A program made the position numbers and the translations under genes. The notes under the pieces were generated by a model that searched no databases, had not been told where the DNA came from, and worked only from the letters and a program-made list of their open reading frames with translations. A DNA stretch of 64,000 bases from Chiloscyllium plagiosum (lineage: Eukaryota): NCBI RefSeq assembly GCF_004010195.1, contig NC_057752.1, forward strand, positions 1,942,878-2,006,877. The letters run 5' to 3'. Of this stretch, positions 36,231-47,972 are shown in pieces. How positions within the stretch are numbered: the stretch's first letter is position 1; the number at the start of each line of letters is the position of its first letter.

Positions 36231-38030
36231 AACTTGAAACTACGTGGTAGGAGTTTAAATCTGAGGCAATTTATGCAGTCTTTCCTTTGAGAATTGGTAT
36301 CAAAATGCTTCATTCCTTTGGGGATTCTCTCTCTCTCTCTCAGTGTAACACAACTGAGTAATTTGTTCAGGGTCTAGACATGTTACTCGTTTATCTTATG
36401 ATGCAAAACAATTTGGAGGACGTGGAGGCACACAATGACCATCTCTACAATAAAAGCTCCAAACAATCCCCACCGCGCCCCCCACCCCACTCTTCACCTA
36501 AAGCACAGCACGACTTCCAAATTCCCAACCATCAACAGCCTGGACTTTACCAATACCAAATACCTTAAGTGGCCTAGCCATAATGATTGAGATGCAATAT
36601 TCACCTTTTGTCTGGATGGATGCAACTGCAAAAAAGTCTACTGCTAAAAAGAAAACAACATAGCCTACTTGATTGATCCTCCTTCCTCTAAACACATTAT
36701 CCCCTTCTCTGATACCACTGCACTGTGGCTACAGTATGTATTAACTACAGGATGCACTTCAACAACTCACCAAGGTTAATTCAACAGCATTTTCTTGGTC
36801 TCATGATCTCCACTCAGAAGGAGGAGAGCTGCAAATTTAATGGCAATCGATTCACCTCCAAGTCACACACCATTCCTTTGTCATCACTCGGTCAATTCCC
36901 TCATATTCCTGACTGAGCGCCACTGATATAACAAATGCTGTGGTTTTGGGAGAAGGCTCATGTTAGATTTTCAGGCCAGCAGCAAGCAATGTGTCTTTTC
37001 CACTTCCCAAGAGGAAGTTAATTGAAAAATGCTGAATATAAAAAACAACTTGGGAACAAGCATATAACTCATGGAAAATGGAAAAATAAACACAAAATGG
37101 TTCAAATCATTTACTAACAAATATGTCTTCTTATTGTCAACAGAATTTGTGCTCTATTCCTGGAGCTTCATTCAGCTGAACCTCAGGTCCAAATAATTTT
37201 CTGGCCCTTGTCTCTGTTTTCTGCAGTTTTCTGCTGTCCTCCAGGAGTACACAATATGTCGTATATTTCTGTAGGCAAGTACCTTCAAGTGTGGTCAAAG
37301 TGCTCAGGATATCTTCACCATATCATGGCATGTAACCTAATAGTTTCAAGCTCTCAGTCTCCATCTTATTGAGCTCTATCCTTTTGGAGCATGACATACT
37401 GAGCAAGTGTGCTACAGAATATCCGAATTGCATAGCTTGAGCCCAGACACACAAGTGTCAGTGAGCATATGTAAATACCAGCAGCTGTAATAAGAGTTAT
37501 GTAATTCTTCAGTACTGCATGGCATGTGTCTCATTTATGTTACTGGAGCTAACACAAGTAACATAGCATGACAGTTGCAGAATATCAGATCACCACCTCA
37601 TGTCACAAATGTTTCTATTCCAAAAAACAAATTAAGTTAGAGATCAAAGAGAACTATTTTTTTCATGTTTTTAATACAAGTATACTGTTCTGAATTTCAC
37701 TAGAGCTTGCAATTCTACTGCACAATTGATCTGAAGTCAGGAACTATAGAGGTAAAGATCAGGATAATTGCTGTAAATTGAACTGCAATGTGCTAATCAG
37801 GAGAAGGCTCCATGATCCTCACTGACTATTTATCAATGTTAAATGAGTGAATTTGGCGGAGGGTGCATGATTCTAATTTCTCATTGCGTTGAAGCTCCAG
37901 CTGTATTGTTAGAAAATATTCAACAATCTAAGAGATCATACAAGCACTTTACAGACCCTGCTGCATGCCAAATTGAAATCCTACTCAAGACAATGCCAAG
38001 TTAAAGTGCTACATGATTGCCTCCTGGAGA

Positions 38031-38194
38031 GGAAGAGCATGGTGCTGGAAAAGCACAGCCGGTCAGGCAGCATCCGAGGAATAAGAAACGTCGACTCTCC
38101 TGCTCCTCAGATGCTGCCTGACTGGCTGTGCTTTTCCAGCACTACACTCTTTGACTATGATCTCTAGCATCTGAAGTCCAGACCTTCTCTCTGT
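38031..38194. mobile_element. Palindromic Penelope mini-insertion with a 10-bp target duplication
   Basis: ~39-bp inverted repeat (38042-38080 vs 38104-38142). CTCCTGGAGA at 38021-38030 and 38195-38204. Confidence 0.8.
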
Positions 38195-38605
38195 CTCCTG
38201 GAGACGGAATCACATTCCACGCCTTCAATAAAACAGCACTGAAAAAGAAAGGTTAGCTACAGAGTCTCATCCTATTCATTATCCAGTGACTTCTGATTGC
38301 AAATGCAGGTGAGCTAATAGAACAGGTTCAACTGTAATATTCTGTACAGTTACAAAGCCTGCCAACATACAATTCTTCTATATCTTTACCAGTTTAACTG
38401 CAGTGCTGAGGCAGAGGACAGAATGATGCTTCACTTGAAGTAGCTTATCTAATCTTTCCTCACAACTAAAATGCTTGCCATTCGAGATCTGATGACTCCA
38501 TTTCTTTTCATTCTCCCTCTTCCTTCCAGTCCCTTTATCCAATACCAACATAACTCCACCTTACCCTACCAATTCTTCAGCACCATCACCCTTGCTCTCA
38601 CCCTT

Positions 38606-38849
38606 CCTGCCTCAGGCGACTGACTGTGTGGAGTTTGCACATTCTCCCCGTGTCTGTGTGGGTTTCCTCCGGGTGCTCCGGTTTCCTCCCACAATCCAAA
38701 AATGTGCAGGTTAGGTGAATTGGCCACGCTAAATTGCCCCTAGTGTTAGGTGTAGGGGAATGGGTCTGGGTGGGTTGCGCCTCGGCGGGTCGGTGGGAAC
38801 TTGTTAGGCCGAAGGGCCTGTTTCCACACTGTAAGTAATCTAATCTAAT
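38606..38849 (+). mobile_element. HE1-type V-SINE, 5'-truncated, young
   Basis: Near-consensus V-domain GGGTTTCCTCCGGGTGCTCCGGTTTCCTCCCACA, CR1-like tail and (TAATC)n. Confidence 0.9.
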
Positions 38850-38984
38850 GTCCTTACTGCCGTCATCCTAAACTTGTCTCTCTCGAAACTGGTATTCTCT
38901 GCTTCATGCACTACAGTATTTATCAATAGCTGCAATGGAGCTGCAACCATACTGTCTCACTGTCCATCCTCTCAAGAGTGGTTC

Positions 38985-39577
38985 CAGTCTTCTCCCACAA
39001 GGGCCAGGATTCTCTCCTCGTAGCGGAGGGATCTAATGTCGGGCACCCCTCTACCCATAAGGGCTCTCTCTTCCCAACTGTGGGCTGTCTTCTCCTGGAA
39101 TGAGAGAAAGGGAGGGATTGAGTGAGGTGAAAGTGGGCAGCACAGCTGTTAGTGCTGGTGCAGGTGGGGAGGTGTCCTCAGTGAGTGAGTGGGCAGTGCA
39201 AAGGGCATGTAGGTTAGTGGTATCGGGGGGCTGGAGTGGGTGAGAGCGAGTGAGTGCAGATATTGCAGACAATAGTGAAAGTGATAGACCATGAGCCTTG
39301 ATGGGAGGAGGGTGCAGTATCAAAGATAGAGCAAGTGTGCAGAGAGAAGAATGTGGCACCTGGTGGAGTGGAGAAGGTTATTGACCTTCTTGTGGCACTC
39401 CTGTTCATTCCTCTGCACCATGAAGATCACACAGAACCAAGTGGTGCCAGGACCTGATGGCGAGGCCTCCTCTGCTGGTCCTCTGAGAAGAGGATGCCTC
39501 TCGTCTCCGTCACCCACTCTACCAGGACCTCATATCCCTGTTGGAGAACCAGGGTGCATCTTCCTCTTCTCCAACAT
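38985..39577 (-). pseudogene. Harbinger-type Myb/SANT DNA-binding protein gene relic, copy 2 (two exons, frameshifted)
   Basis: ATG at 39577. APWFSNRD..VLVEWVTETRGILFSED...VQRNEQECHKKVNNLLHSTR, then an intron ~39359-39095 ending TTCCAG, then EKTAHSWEERALMGRGVPDI...YEERILAL. Confidence 0.75.
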
Positions 39578-41494
39578 GCTCAATAGAAACAGGGAAATTT
39601 GGACTGAAATTCAATGATGTGCAAATGTCCTTCTTAGTCTGCCATAGTAATGTGTCCTCTATCAGAAGACACACTGGAGGTAGGCATCTTATTAGTGATC
39701 AATAAATACACAGTACACACCAAGTGTACTGCTGTGCTGTCAGCATAGACAGTGGCCTTGTTCGGTAGTCAGACCTCAGGAGGAGAGATGAGGGAGTATA
39801 TGTTGGTGAGACAGTTTACATGTGGACGGTGGAATTAAATGAAAGGAGGGAATGTAGGAAGTCAAAGGGCAGAAGGAAAGAGTTTTGGTGTAAGTTGATG
39901 TCATTGAAGAGTCACTAATTCAGGTCCTTCAATGAAAGATAGTCATTGTCACAATGTATCCTGAAGGTACATGACCATTTGTTAGGTTCGACCACCTGGG
40001 AATTGGCTGGGAAGCTTAAATTTCTGATAACTAATTACCTGGCATCTGAAACCCTCTAGAAATGTCCCTAGCTCTTATTTACAGTTGGAGATTTCAGAGG
40101 TTTCCAGCTGACTCACCTGAATAGGTAACTAGGAAAGATGACAAAGGTTATAACCTGCTCTAACTCCTGGCATAATCTAAAACTGAAGCCTCCTCATCCC
40201 CACTGACCTGACCTAATGTGAAACTCCCCCAATCCATTCTGTAGGAACTGTCACTTTCTTGATTTGCAGTGATTGTCCATGACATCAAAATGGTCCCTGC
40301 GCATGCACAGATGTGGCCTATGACATCAGCTGGCCACGACAGGTTGCAAGAAATACTGCTGATGTCACCAGACCAGAACGTTTCAGTGTGTGCACTGTTG
40401 ACGTCACCAGACTGGGGATGGGAAGATTGGGAACAAGGCAGAGGTATAGGCTGGGACTAACCTTGTCCTAACCTGCCCAGCCAGGAGGTCATACCAGATT
40501 GGGGGGGAGCATGGGGGCAAGGTTGCTGTTGCACCTGATTGTTCTTGCACCTGCTGCTCCTGCTTGCTATCACTTTCAAAGAAGAAATGACCCATATGCA
40601 TGAAAAAGCATGATTGTCATGCTCCAGTCAGAGACCACACTCCACATGCTTTAGTTACAGCACTGCAGCAAGCCTGTTCAGCAAGTATCTGTTATGTGAA
40701 TAGGGCACAGTTGTAGCATTTGCACACAACTCCATCACTTATGGCTTTCTCTTTGCACATGTACACTGCTTGCGCCACCTAGAGGTGGCCTTTATACAAT
40801 TCATAGCCATGATTACTCCCTCCTTTCCCAGCTCTTCTGACTTTCAGACTGATCTTATGCTCTCAAGTGCTTCAAGATGATATCCTACAGGAAAAGAAAA
40901 TCCCAAACCTGTAAGCACATTGTTGTATTGCTCTGGGAATATTCCACAGTCAATGTTTTAATGTGCTGTGACACGTGGCACATCTCTCCTGGCAAGTTGA
41001 GGGTTACCTGTCCAAGCTTTAGACTTGCTCTGGCTGAGATGTGTTGCTTTTCCCCTGACTCAGTGTTTATTCCTCTAGTCACCTAAGGATGTCACTTTAA
41101 ACATAGCTTATCAGGTGCTTTTATTTAGCACAAAATGGAATATACAGGCTCTGAACAATTTGAGGCAGTCACGAGTGGATTTTGAGTGCAGAATCCATTT
41201 GTACCAGATCTCTGCCAATTTTGTGGCTGTCTGAATATTTATCAGTGCTAAGTAATAGGGTAACGTTTTTTTCATTTGCCAATAATCATACAGATAGCAC
41301 AAAGAGCTCTAGTTGTTGATTTGACATGACGCATCAAAATGCTCCCTGGTTGAACTTAAAGTTGCCCTCCCTTTCCCACTGCATAATATATGACTGTTTA
41401 AATTGTGCAAATGTATCTGGCAGCTTGCTCTTGACTGAATTGTGATCAATTGTAATTAAAAGGTCAGATTTCTTACTGCAAATTTCGAAACCAA

Positions 41495-44050
41495 TGTCTT
41501 GGGCTAGTACAGCTGGGACTACATGCAATGAAATAAATACCACAATAAAACAGTGTTTCCCCACTATTATTTCACTCTCAGCCAAGACATCATTAGCTGA
41601 CCATTCCACTGTCCAATATTCTGAGACAACGTTAGATAGTTTAGAGTATCAGAGTATCAAAAAAAGTCTTGATTTTTGTATTCTTGTGTTGTTTCCCTCA
41701 ACACAGAATTGCCACTCAAACTGGATTGATAAGTAACATAGGTTCAGTTTACTTGAAAATCTCAAACAGGTTTACTTAACAAACAAATTGATAACTTGCT
41801 GCTGTAAAGTAACTTACGCATACAATCCAGCATGTTCTTCATGTGTCATCCTGGTCCTTGGCTTATCAGCATACTCAGCTCTTGATGCAGTTACACAACA
41901 TTGCCCCTTTATCCCCCAAGATAAAATTACATGCATTAAGTGAAAATGCATATGAATTAGATAGTTGCAAAATGATTTACACTGAAACAAGAATTGTAAA
42001 AAGTGCAAGCTTAGGAGTTTAAGAGTCTGTATAACGTATAGGCAATGTGACAATTCTTCCATATCTTGGGATGGTATAACCTTCTGGTGACTGTGACTTC
42101 ACACTTGATTGTTCTCAACTTGTTCTTGGGTTGGGCCCTTGCACGTTGTTAGAGTGTTCACTGTTGTCATGATGGTCTTCCACACCTTCATTATTGAAGC
42201 ATATTCTTGTGTGTACTTTGTGCACAGTTAGAGTACTGTACCTTTCCCTGAACTGGTTTCTGTTTCTCCTCAACGTCACCCGGTTAGATGTTGTAGAATC
42301 AAGACTTACTTCACACTTTGGCTACCTCTGTGGGTAACCAAGCTCCTTGAGTAGGAAGTATGACTCTGACCTTCTGTCCTACACACAGATTAGACAGCTC
42401 TGTAACTCACTGTCGGTCATGTACCAAGTTCATTTTCCCTTGTTTTTGCAGAAGCTTTTCCTGTATTTCCGAGAACCAGGAAAGGTGATGGCTCAGCAAG
42501 ATTGTCCTAACTTTCCTTCCAAACACGTTATCTGGTAACATATTCAGAGGTGTAGTCCTTAGTTGGAACATTATAATATGAAAATCTTGTTTCATTGTCA
42601 TGCACTTCATACCATGCGCATTCACTTGGCAAGACCAATGGATCTGGGAATAATGTGGCGAGGCTGTTATGTGTTTTTTTTCCCCTTTTGAAACACATAT
42701 TCCTGAAAGGTCTGCCTATATATTATGTCCCATTGTCAGGTTTGATATCCAGGTGTACCAAATAGACTGCTGCCATGGACACGCAGTAAGTGTCCTTAAC
42801 TGGGTGACAATTGAAAATTTGGAAAAGTAGTTGGTGACTAGGAGAAAACCATCACTGTATATGTCGAATAAATCTGTTGTGATTTTGGACTAAGAGACGG
42901 AGAATTTTGTGAGGGTGTAGAGGGTCTTTGCCCTGCTGTGGTTAGTGACTCTGATACACTTCCCTCATTCTCACTGATTTTTCCATGTCATTGTTGATCC
43001 CTGGTCAGTCTGTAGTTTCCTGCAGCAGCTGCTATCTTTACTCCATGCCCATATATCCCAGGTATAGCTGTGACAACATGTCCTGGCAAAGAGCTTCAAG
43101 TACAAGCATTCATTTCTCTTTAAAATTTACATTTCTTGAAATTCCTAGTTCATCTCTGTAAGGCCAAAATCATCTGAGTGCATGGAACCTCTTGTATTGT
43201 GTTTAGCCATCCTTTCCTGATAACTTTGCAAAGCATCTTCAGCCCTGGGTCATTCACTGTTTCTTCCTGACGTTAGTTGCAGTTGTGCACACTAAAATTC
43301 ATCAGACTACTTTAAACACATCTTTCACCTTGTTGTCCAGACTACTATTTGTAAATCTAGTGCAATTTCTGCATTCCTATTCGGATTTGGTAATCTGCTC
43401 AGCATGCCTGAGGTAAACGCTCAGGTGTCAGGCTTGTAGTAGATGTCGAAGTCAGATGTCAATGTTTTCATTAGAAGTCTAAGTGGTGTACTTGTCAGTA
43501 GTTTGTGTCAAATCATTTCCAATGGATTATAATTGGTTTCCACAATGAAGTCTTGCGATATCAAGTAGTATAGCAAGTGTTCCACACTCTAATTGGATTG
43601 TGCTTATAATAAACTTTTAGATCCAAATGAAACTGCTGTGCCATCTTGCATAATGCATGTTCCTACCCCTTTCTGAGATGCATTTACTTCTAGCATTGTT
43701 TTCTTCCACGGGCCATACTACTGTAGGATGTATGTTTCTGTTGACAAAGCTTGTTGATTGCTCGTGTATTGATGATCCACCTGCCATACTTGTGGCTTGT
43801 CTTTCTTTAAGAACACCCTTGATGATGATGTTTTCTTGAAAATATTTGGCATGTCTTCTACTTGTAAGTTAAAATATCCGAACATGTCTGCAAGTCTTCT
43901 TTGTCTTAAGAAGTAGGCATGAGTTATACATCTTCAACTTTTCCTGGGTCTCAATGAATCCCATTATTTGAATACACTGGGCCGAAAAAGTTGATCTGAC
44001 CTACATCCACTTTATAATGCTGAAGATGAGTCCTTCACAATAAGCTGCCA
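41495..44050 (-). mobile_element. Old Gypsy LTR retrotransposon 3' part (RT/RNase H/integrase remnants, PPT, probable 3' LTR ~41495-41900)
   Basis: Minus strand DGTAVSFGSKSL and QLECGTLAI (RNase H). PPT GGGGGATAAAGGGGCAA directly before TGTTGTG at 41900. The left LTR boundary is uncertain. Confidence 0.65.
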
Positions 44051-45617
44051 CCATAGTGAGTGTAGATTTTGGTGCAGAGTGTTCTCCCCATTAGCAACTC
44101 TGCTGAAGCTATCCCTATTGTTGCATGAGGAGTGGTCCTCTAATCATACAGGAACTGGGACAGTTTGGTACTGAATGAAGCTGTAGGATGTTTCTTTAAG
44201 CCTGCCTTGAAAGTTTGGACTGCTCTTTCCACCAGACCATTAGACGATGGATGGTTTGGAGCTGCTCTGTTATTCGACTTTAGAAAATACTCAAATTCCC
44301 TGCTGGTAAATGATGGCCCATTGTCTGTGATCAACACCGCCGAGAGTCCACGTATTACAAAAGATACTCGCAGCTTTTCAATTGTTGTCCCTTTGGTTGC
44401 TGAATGAACTTTATGCATGTCCAGCCACTTTGAGTGGTCATCCACAATGACTAAAAATATAGAGACAATGAAAAGACCAACATAGTCAACGCATAACCAA
44501 GTCCAGGGTTTATCCGGCCATTCCCACGAATGTAGGGAGCTGCTGGTGGTACTTTTTGTTCTTGATGGCACTCTGGACACTGCTTCACTAATGCAGTGAT
44601 GTCAGCATCCAATCCTGGTCACCAGACATAGCTTCTTGCCAAAATCTTCATTTTGGAAACCCCTGGGTGATCCTGGTGGAGTTCAGCCTGTTTCTGGTGG
44701 CGACCTTTACTTGAGACAATCACTCTTGCTCCCCATAATAATATGCCGTCCTCTACTGTGGTCTGGTCTCGTCGGGTCCAGAAAGGTTTCAATTCCAGTT
44801 GTGATGGCCCTTTAGTCTCCCCCATCACCACCAGCTGTTTTAGTTTCACTAGGACCGGGTCTTTTTGTGTCCACAGTCAGATATTGTCAGCGGTGACTGG
44901 AAAGTGTCTAGAAAGTTTAAAACCAGAACAGACTTTTCTAGAGGCAGCACCACTGGTGGTGTATCTGCCAGTCGGAAGCGGCTTTAGGCATTCGCTGCTT
45001 CCTGGGTGGTGTTCCAACTTGTGATTTTATGCGCTTAGAATAAGGGCCCACCGGTAAATTTGAACAGAAGTTACGGGTGGCATCGCCTTGTCTTCTTTCA
45101 GTAGCCTGAGCAGGGGTTTGTGGCCCATTGCTATGACAAAATCATGTCTGTAAAGGTATTGAGGGAACTTTCTCACACCAAAGATGACCGCCAAACCTTC
45201 CTTTTCTATCTAGGCGTATTTAGGTTCGACATCAGCCAATGTCTGGGAAGCATACAATATTGGGTGTTCCAACAGTGCTCATTGTTGGTACGAGTGAGCC
45301 AACACTACCTCAAAACTGTACGGGGAGGCATTGCACATCAGCACCACCTCTCATTTCGGATCATAGTGGGCTAACACTTTAGATGACGACAGCTGCTTTT
45401 TTCACTTACCTAAAAGCTACCTCTTGGCTACACGACCGTTTCTAAGGCTGATGCAGGTGCAAGGGTGCCAGGGTGCCAAGATGGATGCCAGATTGCATAT
45501 GAATTTCCTGTAATAATTAACTAACCCAATGAAAGACCAAATCTCTCGCACAGATGTGGAAGCCAAGGCACCTTTGATCACTCTCACTTTATCTTCCAAC
45601 AAGTGTAACCCGGTCTT

Positions 45618-47972
45618 AGAACATAGAACATAGAACAGTACAGCACAGAACAGACCCTTCAGCCCACAATGTTGTGCTAACCATTGATCCTCATGTAAGG
45701 TAAACCTAATGTACGAACCCTCAAATTTCTGTGACCAAATGCATGTCCAGCAGTCTCTTAAATATCCCCAATGACCTCACTTCCACAACTGCTACTGGCA
45801 ACGCATTCCACGCTCTCACAACTCTCTGCGTAAAGAACCCGGCTCTGACATCTCCTCTATACTTTCCGCCAAACAGCTTAAAACTATGACCCCTTGTGTT
45901 AACAATTTCTGCCCTGGGAAAAAGTCTCTGGCTACCAACTCTATCTATGCCTCTCATTATTTTGTGCACCTCAATTAGGTCCCCTCTCTTCCTTCTTTTT
46001 TCCAATGAAAAAGTCCGAGCTCAGTCAACCTNNNNNNNNNNNATTTTAAGGGATCTATGTACCTGCACACCAAGATCCCACTGTTCATCCACACTGCCAA
46101 GGATCCTGTCTTTAATCCTGTACTCAACTTTCAAGTTCGACCTTCCAAAATGCATCACTTCGCATTTATCCAGGTTGAACTCCATCTGCCACCTCTCAGC
46201 CCATCTCTGCATCCTGTCATTGTCACGCTGCAGCCTACAACAGGCCTCTATACTGTCAATGACACCTCCAACCTTTGTGTCGTCTGCATACTTGCTAACC
46301 CATCCTTCATTCTCCTCATCCAAGTCATTAATAAAAATTAAAAAGAGTAGAGGCCCAAGAACAGAGCCCTGTGGAACACCACTCACCACTGACTTCCAGG
46401 CAGGACCAGCCAATTCTGTATCCAGATAGCTAAATTTCCCTGTATCCCATTCCTCCTGACCTTCTGAACGAGCCTACCATGGGGAATCTTATCAAATGCC
46501 TTGCTGAAGTCCATATACACCACATCCACCACTCAACCCACATCAACTTGTCTAGTAACATCCTCAAAGAACTCAATAAGATTTGTGAGGCATGACCTGC
46601 CCCTCACAAAGCCATGCTGACTGCATTTAATCAAGCCATGCTCTTCCAGATGGTCATAAATCCTATCCCTCAGAATCCTTTCTAACACCTTGCAGACGAC
46701 AGACTTGAGACTTACTGGTCTGTAATTGCCAGGGATTTCCCTATTTCCTTTCTTGAAGAGAGTAATTACATTTGCCTCCCTCCAGTCCTCAGGTACGACT
46801 CCGGTGGAGAGCAAGGATGCACAGATCTTCGCAAGCGGCGAAGCAATCACATTTCTCGCTTCCCACAGTAGCCGAGGACAAATCTGGTCTGGCCCTGGCG
46901 ACTTGTCAATCTTAATGTTTGTCAAAATTTTCAGCACATCAGCTTCCTCAATCTCTATCCGTTCCAGCTTGCTTACCTGCTCCTCAATGATTTCATTCAC
47001 TACAAGGCCCTTTTCTTTAGTAAAGACAGAAGCAAAAAACTCATTTAGGGCTTCCCCTACCTCCTCAGACTCTATACACAAGTTTCCTATGCTATCCCTG
47101 ATCGGCCCTACTCTTTCTTTGATCATTCTGTTTTTCCTCACATACGTGTAAAATGCCTTTGGATTCTCCCTAATCCTTCCTGCCAAGCCTTTTTCGTGTC
47201 CCCTCCTGGCTCTCCTCAGACCATTTTTGAGCTCCTTCCTCGCCTGCCTGCAATCCTCTAGAGCTGAGCAAGACCCTAGCTTCCTCCACCTTACGTAAGC
47301 TGCCTTCTTTCTTTTGACGAGAAGCTCCTCCGCTCTCATCATCCAAGGTTCCTTTATCTTACCACTTCTTGCCTGTCTCAGAGGAACACATTTATGCATC
47401 ACTCGCAACTGTTCCTTAAACAGTCTCCACATGTCTATAGTGCCCTTTCCATGGAACAATTGCTCCCAGTCCATGCTTCCTAACTCATGTCTAATCGCAT
47501 CATAGTTTCCTCTTCCCCAATTAAATATCCTCCCATTGTGCCTGCTTCTCTCCTTCTCCATAGCTATGTAGAATGTGAGGCAGTTGTGGTCACTATCACC
47601 AAAATGCTCTCCCACCGCAAGATCTGACACTTGCCCCGGCTCATTGCCGAGCACCAAATCCAAAATGGCCTCTCCCCTCGTCGGCCTGTCAACGTACTGA
47701 GTTAGGAAACCCTCCTGAACACACCTTACAAAAACAGCTCCTTCCAAACCATCTGCTCGAAGGAGGTTCCAATCAATATTGGGAAAGTTAAAGTCACCCA
47801 TTACAACAACCCTATTACATTCACTCTTTACCAAAATCTGCCGACCTATGCTTTCTTCAATCTCCCTGCTGCTATTGGGGGGCCTGGAGTAAACCCCTAA
47901 TGAGGTGACTGCTCCCTTACTGTTCCTAATTTCCACTCATACTGACTCAGTCAGCAGACCCTCCTCAACAAT
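45618..47972 (-). mobile_element. Young CR1 LINE (5'-truncated ORF2) inserted in the Gypsy RT, with 6-bp TSD GGTCTT
   Basis: GGTCTT at 45612-45617 and 47973-47978. Unbroken 467-aa EN/RT ORF at 46533-47936, YADD, and an (AGAACAT)n tail. Confidence 0.95.
46032..46042. other. Small assembly gap (11 N)
   Basis: N run. Comparison with CR1 'A' (2100-2360) suggests more than 11 bp is missing. Confidence 0.95.

Noticed and set aside
37140..37400. Acceptor-like sites and a short coding-looking stretch
   Set aside because: Stops interrupt the candidate frames and no family motif is recognisable.
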